Shown here in pieces: positions 1 through 9,504 of a stretch of DNA of 64,000 nt. The stretch comes from an uncultured Methanosarcinales archaeon. GTDB lineage: Archaea; Nanobdellota; Nanobdellia; Woesearchaeales; UBA583. How positions within the stretch are numbered: position 1 is the first letter of the stretch; every line of letters starts with the position of its first letter. The translations under genes and the position numbers were made by a program. Below the pieces are notes generated by a model, which saw only the letters and a list, made by a program, of their open reading frames with translations, ran no database searches and was not told the DNA's origin. The stretch is from the NCBI GenBank assembly GCA_964351975.1, contig CAYGPK010000001.1, positions 85,270 through 149,269 on the forward strand, given 5' to 3'.

Positions 1-266
1 CCCCAATCCCCCCAGTCTCTTTCCTTCAATTCTTCAATTTCTTTAGTTTGTATATTATCTTCACTAGCTATTATTTGTGCAGTTTGTTTAGTTCTTTGCA
101 TTGGAGAATAATAAATTTTTTCAAAATTATATTTTTTTAATTTTTGTGCTAACTGTCTTACTTCATTAATTCCATTTTCTGTCAATTCTGCTGTGCTTAA
201 AACAGGAGAGTTGATACCTTTTAAGTTATCTTTTGTTTCACCGTGTCTTACAAATATTATTTTCAT
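1..266 (-). CDS. Histidine phosphatase family protein (3' end outside window)
   Basis: Manual translation from ATG at 266: MKIIFVRHGETKDN...YYSPMQRTKQTA...LKERDWGDWG; RHG and SPxxRxxQT motifs. Confidence 0.9.
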   Translation of the reverse strand, partial: MKIIFVRHGETKDNLKGINSPVLSTAELTENGINEVRQLAQKLKKYNFEKIYYSPMQRTKQTAQIIASEDNIQTKEIEELKERDWGDW

Positions 267-395
267 ATTATAATTGAGATTTTATAATTTATATAATTAT
301 TGAAAATTTGAGAGTTTATATTAATGATAAATATGTGATTTTTTCTATGATTTTTAAAATACAACAAAAAGTTATTTAATACAGAAGTATTAGTT

Positions 396-1109
396 ATGAC
401 TATGAAAGAAGATATTATGTTAATTAAAGCAGAGACAAGAGGAAAAGGTGATTATGGTTGGCTTAAAACTAATTATTATTTTTCTTTTTCAAATTATTAT
501 AACCCTGAAAGAGTTGGGTTTTGTAAACTATTAGTTATTAATGACGATGTAATAGCGCCAGATAGTGGGTTTCCTTTTCATTCTCATCAAAATATGGAAA
601 TTGTTACAATTGTTATGGATGGTGAATTACAACATAAAGATTCACTTGGAAATATAGGTGATATTACTAAAGGTGAAATTCAGAGAATGAGTGCAGGGAC
701 AGGAATTACTCATAGTGAGTATAATTCTAGTTCTAAAGAGTTTTTGAAATTGTTTCAAATTTGGATTGAAACTGATAAAGTAGGAATGCCTGCAGATTAT
801 GAACAGAAGAACATTAATTTTGAAGATAAAGGGATTCATTTGTTAATATCACCTAAAGGAGAGAAAGGTAGTTTGAAAATTAATCAGAATACTTATTTTT
901 CAATTTTAAATTTAGAGAAAGATGAAAAGTTTGTATATAAAAATTATGATGAAACTAATTCTATATTTATTTTATTAATTGATGGAAAAGTTAATGTTTT
1001 AAGTTATGATTTAGAGAAAAGAGATTCAATTGGTTTTTATGATAAGAATGAAGTTGAAATTAGTTCAAAAGAAAAGAGTAGTGTTTTAATTATTGAAGTT
1101 GCTAAGTAA
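396..1109 (+). CDS. Pirin family cupin (YhhW-like)
   Basis: GWL..Y.FSF..YY, INDD, GFPFHSHQNMEI, H.DS.GN, MSAGTGITHSE; start could be 402 or 417. Confidence 0.9.
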   Translation: MTMKEDIMLIKAETRGKGDYGWLKTNYYFSFSNYYNPERVGFCKLLVINDDVIAPDSGFPFHSHQNMEIVTIVMDGELQHKDSLGNIGDITKGEIQRMSAGTGITHSEYNSSSKEFLKLFQIWIETDKVGMPADYEQKNINFEDKGIHLLISPKGEKGSLKINQNTYFSILNLEKDEKFVYKNYDETNSIFILLIDGKVNVLSYDLEKRDSIGFYDKNEVEISSKEKSSVLIIEVAK

Positions 1110-1135
1110 TTTTTTTGTTAGTGCCTTGGTTTATT

Positions 1136-3031
1136 TTAAACGTCAATATCTTTTGCAAACTCTGCGTTTTCTATGATAAAGTTTTTACGTGGTTCTACTT
1201 TATCACCCATAAGCATTACAAATGCCATATCAGCTTCTATTGCATCATCAATAGTTACTTTTTTAAGGAATCTAAACTCAGGATCTAGCGTAGTTTCCCA
1301 TAATTGTTCTGCATTCATTTCTCCAAGACCTTTATATCTTTGAATTTCAATTTTTGTACCAGGATTTTCTTTTCTACATTCATCAAGAGCTAAATCATTG
1401 AATAAATATTTGCTAGTTTTTCCAATCTTTACTCTGTATAGTGGAGGCATTGCAATATATATGTGACCTTTTAATATTAATTCTTTAAAGTGTCTAAAGA
1501 ACAATGTTAATAATAATGTTGAAATGTGAGAACCATCAACATCAGCATCTGTCATAATAATAATTTTATGATATCTTAATTTTTCTGCATCAAAGTTTTC
1601 ACCAAAACCAGTTCCAAGAGCAGAGATTAGAGTTTTGATTTCTTCGTTTTCAAGAATTTTTACAAGTCTTGCTTTTTCAACATTTAAAATTTTTCCTTTA
1701 AGAGGTAGTATTGCTTGAGTTTCTCTAAGTCTTCCTTGTTTTGCTGATCCCCCCGCACTGTCTCCCTCTACAATAAATATTTCTGAAATAGAAGGGTCCT
1801 TACTTGAACAATCAGCAAGTTTACCCGGCAGAGATGAAAATTCTAGAACATTTTTTCTTCTTACTAAGTCTTTTGCTTTTCTAGCAGCTTCTCTTGCTTT
1901 TTGAGCTTGAAGAGCTTTTTCTAAAATGGATTGAGCAGCTTTTGGATTTTCATCTAAATATGTGTATAGTTTATCAAAGAATACAGTATTTACAATATTT
2001 TGAACTTCAGGATTTCCTAGTTTATCTTTTGTTTGACCTTCAAATTGTGGTTCTGGAACTTTAACTGAGATAATTGCAACGATTCCTTCTCTGATATCTT
2101 CACCAGTCAAGTTAATTTTCTTATCATTTGCTTTTCCATGTAAATTTAGATAGTCCTTTATTGCTTTAGTTATTGCAAGTTTAAATCCTGAGATATGTGT
2201 TCCACCACCTGGTGTTGGAATAATATTTACAAAACCTTCAAGTGTTTCATTGTAGGAATCAGTATATGTCATTGCAATATCAACTGTCACATCATCTTTT
2301 TCTCCACTTACGTGAACAATATCTTTAATTACTTGTTTAGAATTTTGTGTCATATATTTTACAAAATCACTAAGCCCACCTTCGTAGTGGAAAATTTCTT
2401 CTTTATTATTTCTCTCATCTGTAAATATAATTTTAACTTGAGGAGTTAGAAAAGCAACTTCACGATATCTTTTTATCATCGTTTTGAAATCAAATTCAAT
2501 TGTTTGAAAAATAGAAGCATCTGGGTGAAAAGTAACTTTTGTTCCCCTTTTAGAAGTTGGGCCTGTTTCAGATAAAGGATGAATTGCTTTTTGATCTTTG
2601 AATTTCATCTCAAATTTTTTACCACCACGGCAAATTTCAACTTCAAGATGAGTAGATAGTGCATTAACAACTGATGCACCAACACCATGTAGTCCTCCTG
2701 AAACTTTATAAGAGTCTTTATCGAATTTTCCACCTGCGTGTAGAACGGTGAAAATAACTTCTGCAGCGGATACTCCTTCTGCATGTTTATCAGTTGGGAT
2801 TCCACGGCCATTATCTTCAACAGTTACAGAATTATCTTTATGAATTGTAATTCTTACTTTATCACAATGTCCTGCTAGAGCTTCATCTATAGCATTATCA
2901 ACTAATTCTTTTACTAAGTGATGAAGACCATCTATTCCTGTTCCACCAATATACATCCCCGGTCTTTTTCTAACTGCTTCAAGTCCTTTTAGAACTTTAA
3001 TATTACTTGCTCCGTAATCTTCGTCTACCAT
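1136..3031 (-). CDS. gyrB: DNA gyrase subunit B
   Basis: LEAVRKRPGMYIG, DNGRGIP, SGGLHGVG, EGDSAGG, PLKGKILN, DADVDG, RYKGLGEM. Confidence 0.96.
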   Translation of the reverse strand: MVDEDYGASNIKVLKGLEAVRKRPGMYIGGTGIDGLHHLVKELVDNAIDEALAGHCDKVRITIHKDNSVTVEDNGRGIPTDKHAEGVSAAEVIFTVLHAGGKFDKDSYKVSGGLHGVGASVVNALSTHLEVEICRGGKKFEMKFKDQKAIHPLSETGPTSKRGTKVTFHPDASIFQTIEFDFKTMIKRYREVAFLTPQVKIIFTDERNNKEEIFHYEGGLSDFVKYMTQNSKQVIKDIVHVSGEKDDVTVDIAMTYTDSYNETLEGFVNIIPTPGGGTHISGFKLAITKAIKDYLNLHGKANDKKINLTGEDIREGIVAIISVKVPEPQFEGQTKDKLGNPEVQNIVNTVFFDKLYTYLDENPKAAQSILEKALQAQKAREAARKAKDLVRRKNVLEFSSLPGKLADCSSKDPSISEIFIVEGDSAGGSAKQGRLRETQAILPLKGKILNVEKARLVKILENEEIKTLISALGTGFGENFDAEKLRYHKIIIMTDADVDGSHISTLLLTLFFRHFKELILKGHIYIAMPPLYRVKIGKTSKYLFNDLALDECRKENPGTKIEIQRYKGLGEMNAEQLWETTLDPEFRFLKKVTIDDAIEADMAFVMLMGDKVEPRKNFIIENAEFAKDIDV

Positions 3032-3168
3032 AGTTAAACTTAAATAAAATGAGTTTTTAAAGGTTTGTAATTCTATTATTATAGACAGTTATATTTTTTT
3101 TGTTTTCTTTTTATCACTTGATAAAAGTGAGAAATCTCTATATAATTTTCTTAGTATAATAAGTTTAT

Positions 3169-3513
3169 ATGTTAGCTAAAAGACACGACGAAAAACAGGA
3201 GTTTTCATTACTTGATACTGCTGTTATTAACTTAATTGTTGAAAAAACTAAGTTAAACAAGGAGAAGTATAGTCTAGTACTTTCTAAAACAGTTATAGTT
3301 TATGCACTGTTAATTTTAATTGCGGTGTATTCTTCTGTTCAAGAAATTATTTCAGGTCAAATTATGGTTGTGGCACTTATTGTTGGAACGCTTTTATTAT
3401 TTGTTGTTTATTTATATGTAATTGAACATTTTAATAAGATGGATAGAGATATTGATGAAGTTGTGTCACTTCTTCAAACTAAAGCTTTAATGCACAATAA
3501 AAATAATAAATAA
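3169..3513 (+). CDS. Small two-TM hypothetical protein
   Basis: 114-aa ORF with two hydrophobic segments; upstream TATA-like element. Confidence 0.7.
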   Translation: MLAKRHDEKQEFSLLDTAVINLIVEKTKLNKEKYSLVLSKTVIVYALLILIAVYSSVQEIISGQIMVVALIVGTLLLFVVYLYVIEHFNKMDRDIDEVVSLLQTKALMHNKNNK

Positions 3514-3543
3514 TTCTTTTATTTTAATTTCAAATTTTGGATT

Positions 3544-3674
3544 TTATTTTTTACAAATTAATATCAAATCAGTTTCCTTCGAACCTTTTCTTTAACGTTT
3601 ACTTTCATGGCACTAAGAAAAGCTTCACCAAAAGAATCTTATTTTCTACAAACTAAAATTAAATCTTTTTCTTC
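3544..3674 (-). mobile_element. Hairpin micro-insertion with duplicated methyltransferase C-terminus
   Basis: Orphan KETDLILICKK* (3544-3579) vs live EEKDLILVCRK* (3639-3674); between them GAA-C-CTTTTCTT...AAGAAAAG-C-TTC-ACCAAAA (3581-3633). Confidence 0.75.
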
Positions 3675-4172
3675 TTCAATTTTTTCTTCTATTTTAAAAT
3701 ATTTATTTAATTCACTTATTATATTTTCTTTTTTAGATGATTTTTTTAGAAATGAGAGAATTAAAATCCCCTTATTTTTTAAAATTCTATTAATTTCTGA
3801 AATTACTTTTTTAGTATTTTCAACATCTTGAATTGCTGTAAATGAAATTATATTATCTATGGAATTTGTTTTTATTGGGATATTAGTTATTGATGCTTGA
3901 AGTTTATTTTTATTTGAATTATTTTTAAGCATTTTAAAACTTAAATCAAGGGAGATTAAGTTTTGTTTTTTATCTAAGAAATTATTCAAAACACCATCTC
4001 CTGAACCTAAATCTAAAATTGGAGATTGAAGATTGGGAAGGTGAGAAGAGACAAGAGAAATTTTTTTAATTTGCTCAGAATGGTATAATTCAGAATATCC
4101 TTTAGAAATAGCATCATAGTAAAACTGAGTTTTTTTAATTTGAGGAATTTCTAAACCTTTATTTTTTTCCAT
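3639..4172 (-). CDS. Class I SAM-dependent methyltransferase
   Basis: ILDLGSGDG, LDLS..ML, RILK..G motifs. Confidence 0.9.
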   Translation of the reverse strand: MEKNKGLEIPQIKKTQFYYDAISKGYSELYHSEQIKKISLVSSHLPNLQSPILDLGSGDGVLNNFLDKKQNLISLDLSFKMLKNNSNKNKLQASITNIPIKTNSIDNIISFTAIQDVENTKKVISEINRILKNKGILILSFLKKSSKKENIISELNKYFKIEEKIEEEKDLILVCRK

Positions 4173-4205
4173 ACTTTTATAAAATAATTTAAGTTTAAAA
4201 ATATT

Positions 4206-5837
4206 ATGTCAGATAAAAAAGATAGTTTTAAAGAAAAAACTATTGATATTTTATTAAATTTTAGAATTTGGATTTTAGTTTTTTTTATTTTTATTAGTTT
4301 TATTGCAATAGGATTTAACTTTGATACTAAAGGGATTGCAATTAATGGAGTTACTCAAAATTCTATTGCTTACAATTCAGGAATAACTTATAAATCTGAA
4401 GTTAGTCAGTCTAATTTGGAGAGAATTTTATATGTAGGTTATAATGAGGTTAATTCTGAATCAGAGTTTTATAACTTAATTGAAAACTTAGAACCTAATT
4501 CTAGTGTTTTAATTTATACAGATTTAAATCCAAGTGGTTATAATTTAGAACTTGGCAATTTCTCAAGCGATTTAGTTGATACTTTAGGAGTTTCAGTAAG
4601 ATCAGTTCCAACATCAAATATTAAGTTAGGAATTGAACTTGAAGGGGGTTCAAGATTAATTTTAAAACCAACTCAGAATTTAACAGAAGATGAATTTGAT
4701 TTATTAGTTAATACACTTCAAAGTAGACTTGATGTTTATGGAGCAAGTGGAACTAAAGTTAACAAATTAGAAGATGTTTTTTCAAATGAGAAGTTTATTA
4801 TTGTTGAGAGTATTAATTCTAATAAAAATGATATTTTTGAATTAATTAAAAGACAAGGAGAATTTGAAGCTAAAGTTGGCAATGTTACTGTTTTTACAGG
4901 AGATAATGTTGTTAGAGTATTAAATGATCCAACTCATGAAATTTTAAAAGGTTGTACTGATTCAGGAACTTCAGTAAATCCTGTTAGTTGTAGTTATACG
5001 TTTTCAATAGAAATTGATTCAACTGGTACAGATAATTTTTTTAATGTATCAAAGGATTTATCTGTGACAAATGGATATTTATCAGAAAAAATTTCTTTTT
5101 ATTTAGATGGAGAAGAAATTACTTCATTAAATGTTGCAGCAAGCTTTAAGTATCAAAAAATTAGTAATCCACAAATTACAGTTTCAGAGTCAGGAATTAA
5201 TGAGGAAGAAGCAATTAGAAATACTAAAAAAGAAATGAGATTTTTACAAGCAATTTTATCAACTCAGAGTTTACCAAGTGATTTAGAAGTTGTTCAAAGT
5301 TATTCAATTTCAAGTTCACGTGGGGATGTTCTTTTAGAGAATGCAATTTACGTTGGTATTGCAGCTCTTCTTTTAGTTTCAAGTATTGTTGCAATTAGAT
5401 ATAGAACACTACCCGTATTTTTTGGAATTGTTATTGCTCTTGTAACTGAGATTTTCATTGTTTTTGGAGCTGCAGCATTTTTAAGACTTAGTATTGATCT
5501 TGCAGCAATTGGAGGACTTATTGCAGCAATAGGAACTGGAGTTGATGATCAAATTATTATTACTGATGAACAGTTTAGAAATAAGAAGAAAAATATATCT
5601 TCAAGAAAGAGAATTAAAAATGCGATGTATATTATTATGATTGCATATTTTACAACTCTTGCTGCTATGGGTCCATTATATTTTGCAGGATTAAAAGTTC
5701 TTCAAGGATTTGCATTTATGATTATTGTTGGAATTACAATTGGAGTTTTTATTACAAGACCAGCATATGCTGCTTATTTGAGAGTTATGATGACAAGTAG
5801 AAAAGAAAGAAAAGAAGAGGAGGAGAATGAAAAATAA
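4206..5837 (+). CDS. secD: Protein translocase subunit SecD (archaeal)
   Basis: LGIELEGGSR, L..RLD.YG, IDLAAIGGLIAAIGTGVDDQIII, GFA...I.G. Confidence 0.92.
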   Translation: MSDKKDSFKEKTIDILLNFRIWILVFFIFISFIAIGFNFDTKGIAINGVTQNSIAYNSGITYKSEVSQSNLERILYVGYNEVNSESEFYNLIENLEPNSSVLIYTDLNPSGYNLELGNFSSDLVDTLGVSVRSVPTSNIKLGIELEGGSRLILKPTQNLTEDEFDLLVNTLQSRLDVYGASGTKVNKLEDVFSNEKFIIVESINSNKNDIFELIKRQGEFEAKVGNVTVFTGDNVVRVLNDPTHEILKGCTDSGTSVNPVSCSYTFSIEIDSTGTDNFFNVSKDLSVTNGYLSEKISFYLDGEEITSLNVAASFKYQKISNPQITVSESGINEEEAIRNTKKEMRFLQAILSTQSLPSDLEVVQSYSISSSRGDVLLENAIYVGIAALLLVSSIVAIRYRTLPVFFGIVIALVTEIFIVFGAAAFLRLSIDLAAIGGLIAAIGTGVDDQIIITDEQFRNKKKNISSRKRIKNAMYIIMIAYFTTLAAMGPLYFAGLKVLQGFAFMIIVGITIGVFITRPAYAAYLRVMMTSRKERKEEEENEK

Positions 5838-5880
5838 TTTTTTTAAATTAATTATTTTATGTTTTATTTAATTTTTTAAT

Positions 5881-6663
5881 ATGGGATTTGTTGATGTTCA
5901 TTGTCATTTAGACTGGGAGAGTTACGGGGAAGATATTTACAAAATTATCTCAGAGATGAAAGAGAAGAAAATAATCGGCCTTTCAAATACTACGACACCA
6001 GAAGGTTTTGAACTTGCAAAAGAGAAGTTTAAAGAATATGATAATGTTAAAGTTTGCCCAGGACTTTATCCAACTGAGGCAAATAAGATTTCTGATTCTG
6101 ATTTTGAGAAATATTTAAAATATTTAGAAAGTATTAAGGATGAATTTCTTGCAATTGGAGAAATTGGTCTTGATAGACACCTTAATCGAGAGATGAGTGA
6201 AGAAGACCAAGAAATCGATAATAATGTTCAAGAGAAAAGATTTAGAGCTTTAATTGAGCTTGGGATTAAATTAGATAAGCCTTTGATTATACATACAAGA
6301 AGGGCGGAGGCTAGAGTTTTAGAAATAGTTCGTGAATATGTTGAGAGTACAGGATTTAAAAAATTTAATTTACATTGTTTTATGGGAAAGAAAAAGTTAA
6401 TAAAGGATATTGTAGAGTTACAAATATACTGTTCAATTCCATACATTGTTATGAACACTGAGAGTTTTAAAATTCTGGTTAATGAACTTCCGATTAGACA
6501 AATTTTAGTTGAGACGGATAGTCCTTTTTTACATCCAGATAGAATTCAAAATTCACCACTTAGTGTGCCTTTTATTTATGAAGAAATTGCAAGAATTAAA
6601 GGCTATGATAAAATAGAGATTGAGAATATAATATACCGAAACTATATGAAATTAATTAATTAA
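5881..6663 (+). CDS. tatD: TatD family nuclease
   Basis: DVHCHL, AIGEIGLD, PLIIHTR, LHCF, ETDSPF. Confidence 0.95.
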   Translation: MGFVDVHCHLDWESYGEDIYKIISEMKEKKIIGLSNTTTPEGFELAKEKFKEYDNVKVCPGLYPTEANKISDSDFEKYLKYLESIKDEFLAIGEIGLDRHLNREMSEEDQEIDNNVQEKRFRALIELGIKLDKPLIIHTRRAEARVLEIVREYVESTGFKKFNLHCFMGKKKLIKDIVELQIYCSIPYIVMNTESFKILVNELPIRQILVETDSPFLHPDRIQNSPLSVPFIYEEIARIKGYDKIEIENIIYRNYMKLIN

Positions 6664-6680
6664 AAATATAAAAAATTAAA

Positions 6681-7415
6681 ATGGCAAAATTAGAAGTTAT
6701 TACAGTTCCTGAGTCAAAGGATGAAAAAGATGTTACGTATAAATACCAAAAGGTATTAGAAGATAGAAGTAGTTCAATTGCAAAATTGTTTAAGATGGAA
6801 GTTTTAGATGTTACTTTAAAACTTCATTTTTCAAGAGGTGCAATTGTTGCTGCTATGGGTCCTAATGGAGATTCAATGGGAGTTTTTGCAAGTTATGGAG
6901 ATTGTGATGATTTTATTAATGTAATTCATCCAGCTGCAGCTCAAGGTCTTTTTTCTGACTTAGATAAACAGATGTTAATTTTAATTGATTATTGTCTTGT
7001 TAAATTTTATTTATGTAAAAAATATTTCCCACAAAGTACTGATTTTAAAATGTATTACAAATATTTATCTGATGTTCTTGCTGGAATTGTTTCAGGAGAT
7101 TTTAGAGAAGAGAGTATTAAATTTGATATTAGAATGTATGAAGATGGAAAGAAACTTAAGAAAGATCAAGAGCTTGCTATGATTTTTTATATTATGATGA
7201 AGAATTCAGGAGTAGATTTTATTTTTGAACATTTAGATAAAATTATGCAAGATTGTGATATTGTAAAAACTGTATTTACAATTTATAAGAAGAGTTTTTC
7301 TGAACTTGTTAAAGTTATTAAAAAAGATGTTCTTGATGAAAAGAGAAAATTAGAAGAGCTTGAAAGAAATAAAAGAGCAGCTCAAAGAGATAGAGCAAGA
7401 AATGCTAGTGCTTAA
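6681..7415 (+). CDS. Hypothetical protein
   Basis: 244-aa ORF directly after tatD; no motif recognised. Confidence 0.75.
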   Translation: MAKLEVITVPESKDEKDVTYKYQKVLEDRSSSIAKLFKMEVLDVTLKLHFSRGAIVAAMGPNGDSMGVFASYGDCDDFINVIHPAAAQGLFSDLDKQMLILIDYCLVKFYLCKKYFPQSTDFKMYYKYLSDVLAGIVSGDFREESIKFDIRMYEDGKKLKKDQELAMIFYIMMKNSGVDFIFEHLDKIMQDCDIVKTVFTIYKKSFSELVKVIKKDVLDEKRKLEELERNKRAAQRDRARNASA

Positions 7416-7948
7416 AGAAGAAATCTATAATCCCCAATGTTAGGAGTAATTAACGTGTCTAGGTGTTTTTTATTTTTTTTACTTGATTTTGCATCATAGT
7501 ATCTTCTAAGTTGTCTTGCAATTTCATCAGCTCTATTTACAATTGGATATTGAGTGTCAGCTTGTTCAGTTATTACAATTCTATCTCTAAAAAATTCATA
7601 TTCAGGAATTTCTAGTCTTTTTAATGCTTCTGTTAATTTAGAAAGGCTTGTAATTAAAGGTGATTCTGCAATAAATACTTGTTTAGGTTTAAAATACTGA
7701 ATTAGTTCGCAAATTCCAATTAAATTTATTTGATCTTCATTAGCAAATCTTTTGCTAAATTCTTCAGGGATAAATACATGTTTGTAATTAACTCTCCAAA
7801 CACACGGTTGTCCTTTTCTATCTCTTGGGTCTAATCTTCTCATAGTATGTTCTTCTATATGTTTATCATTGTTTGATGTAACACCAACAAAAATTTTAGG
7901 CATTTTTCCATTGTTTGTTGAATCGATTCCTAAATATTTATAATCCAT
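7412..7948 (-). CDS. Divergent RNase HII-like (RNase H fold) protein
   Basis: N-terminal LGIDSTNNG (cf. GIDEAGRG) and QADTQYPIVNRADEIA (cf. KAD..YP.V.AASI.A). Confidence 0.55.
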   Translation of the reverse strand: MDYKYLGIDSTNNGKMPKIFVGVTSNNDKHIEEHTMRRLDPRDRKGQPCVWRVNYKHVFIPEEFSKRFANEDQINLIGICELIQYFKPKQVFIAESPLITSLSKLTEALKRLEIPEYEFFRDRIVITEQADTQYPIVNRADEIARQLRRYYDAKSSKKNKKHLDTLITPNIGDYRFLL

Positions 7949-8062
7949 ATTTTAGTTACTATTAAATAGTTTATAAAGCAAATTAATGTGTGCTAATTGT
8001 TTTTCTTTTTTTTCTTTTAAAAGCAAAATCTTTTTAAAGATAATCTGAATTATTATTATTAT

Positions 8063-8134
8063 GCGTCTATAGCTCAGTGGTAGAGCGGCTGCCTTGTAAG
8101 CAGCAGGTCGCGTGTTCAAATCGCGCTAGGCGCT
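8063..8134 (+). tRNA. tRNA-Thr(UGU)
   Basis: Acceptor GCGTCTA/TAGGCGC, anticodon arm GCTGC-CTTGTAA-GCAGC, GTTCAAATC T-loop; CCA not encoded. Confidence 0.96.
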
Positions 8135-8180
8135 TTAATTTTATGATTAAAGTTTTAAATCAAAACTTGTTCTAATTTTT

Positions 8181-8624
8181 ATGAATGAAAAAAGAGATTC
8201 AAATATTAATGTTCTCAAATCAGTCGATTCTCTTCAAGAAGAGAGAATTCAAGCACTTTTTCAATTGATGAATATTGCTGATGATGATTCTTTAGATGCT
8301 ATTTTTGAATGTTTAAAAAATGATTCTTGTGAAATTGTTCGCCATGAAGCAGCTTTTGTTTTAGGAGAATGTGTATCTCAGAGGGCGATTGCGGAACTGA
8401 AAAGAGCGATAACTGATGATGATAGTGATGTTGTTAAACACGAAGCTCTTCTAGCCCTTGGAACGATTGCAGATAAGGATTTAATTGAATTTATAACTTC
8501 TATTCAAGATGATGAGAAATATTCTCATTTTGTTCGTGAAAGTGCAAAAGTTTCTCTACAAAGATTAAATTATACTCAAAAGCCATATCGTGGTCCAGAT
8601 GAATTTGAGTATTTGAAAGAGTAA
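8181..8624 (+). CDS. HEAT/PBS-lyase repeat protein resembling half of deoxyhypusine hydroxylase
   Basis: IVRHEAAFVLG, VVKHEALLALG, FVRESA repeats. Confidence 0.75.
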   Translation: MNEKRDSNINVLKSVDSLQEERIQALFQLMNIADDDSLDAIFECLKNDSCEIVRHEAAFVLGECVSQRAIAELKRAITDDDSDVVKHEALLALGTIADKDLIEFITSIQDDEKYSHFVRESAKVSLQRLNYTQKPYRGPDEFEYLKE

Positions 8625-8627
8625 AAG

Positions 8628-9125
8628 TTACTCAATCATAATTGTTTCAAAAGGTCTATCTAACCAAGAAAATAAATTTATTTCATCTCTGTTTTCTATT
8701 CTATTTAAAAAAAATATATATGTGGCAGTATTTTTTTTAAAAAAATTATCTATTGTTTCTTTAAATATTTCAGAATTTTTCTCATCTGTAAAAATCTGTT
8801 CAGAGTTTTTAATTATTAAAAAAGAGGGGATATCACCATAAGAAATACTATTAATAAATGAATTTACTTCTTCAAATTTGTCATTATCAATTATACTTTT
8901 ATTAAAGTTTACTTTATCTAAAATTTCTATTAAAAATTTTAAAAAATTTTCAATTTTGTCATATTCAGTAGATGCATATATTCCTCCTTTTTTTCTATTA
9001 ATATTTTTTTCATATTCTAAATCCATAATAGTAAAATCAACACTTTCTCCTAATTTTCTATAAGGCGTTTGATAAATAAGAAATCTTTTAATCCTTTCAA
9101 TTTTATCATATAGTTCGTTAGTCAT
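8628..9125 (-). CDS. Hypothetical protein
   Basis: 165-aa ORF with its own TATA box; no motif recognised. Confidence 0.65.
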   Translation of the reverse strand: MTNELYDKIERIKRFLIYQTPYRKLGESVDFTIMDLEYEKNINRKKGGIYASTEYDKIENFLKFLIEILDKVNFNKSIIDNDKFEEVNSFINSISYGDIPSFLIIKNSEQIFTDEKNSEIFKETIDNFFKKNTATYIFFLNRIENRDEINLFSWLDRPFETIMIE

Positions 9126-9194
9126 AAGATAGATGCAATTTTAGAATTTATAAATTTTTACTTTTAATCTATAAAAATGGTAAATATATTAGAA

Positions 9195-9425
9195 TTAGGA
9201 TTCAGAAATAATTTGGTCTTTATACGCTTCTTCAAGTAATACCATTAATTTAGGTAAATCCGAAGTTCTTAGACTTTGAGTATGAGCCCATTTGTCTTCT
9301 TTATCTTTATATGATCTTTGAAATGAGTATGATTTTATTTTTTCTGTTCCAATTCCATTCTCCCAAACATTTAATGAGAGTACTCCTGCTTTGAATGATT
9401 TAACTGGTTTATTTGTTTCAACCAT
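9195..9425 (-). CDS. Small protein, possibly PC4-like ssDNA-binding fold
   Basis: PVKSFKAG.L...VW.N...S.QRSYKDK..W..T.SLR..DLPK pattern; fold is inferred. Confidence 0.6.
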   Translation of the reverse strand: MVETNKPVKSFKAGVLSLNVWENGIGTEKIKSYSFQRSYKDKEDKWAHTQSLRTSDLPKLMVLLEEAYKDQIISES

Positions 9426-9504
9426 AATCTAACATAGTTTTAGAATTATAAATATTTTACTTTTGAGTTTGGATAAAAAAATTTATTTTTTTAAAATAAG
9501 GATT

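Noticed and set aside
3607..3831. 74-aa + strand ORF and the other short ORFs overlapping or antisense to long genes
   Set aside because: They are shadows of well-supported genes and carry no motifs.
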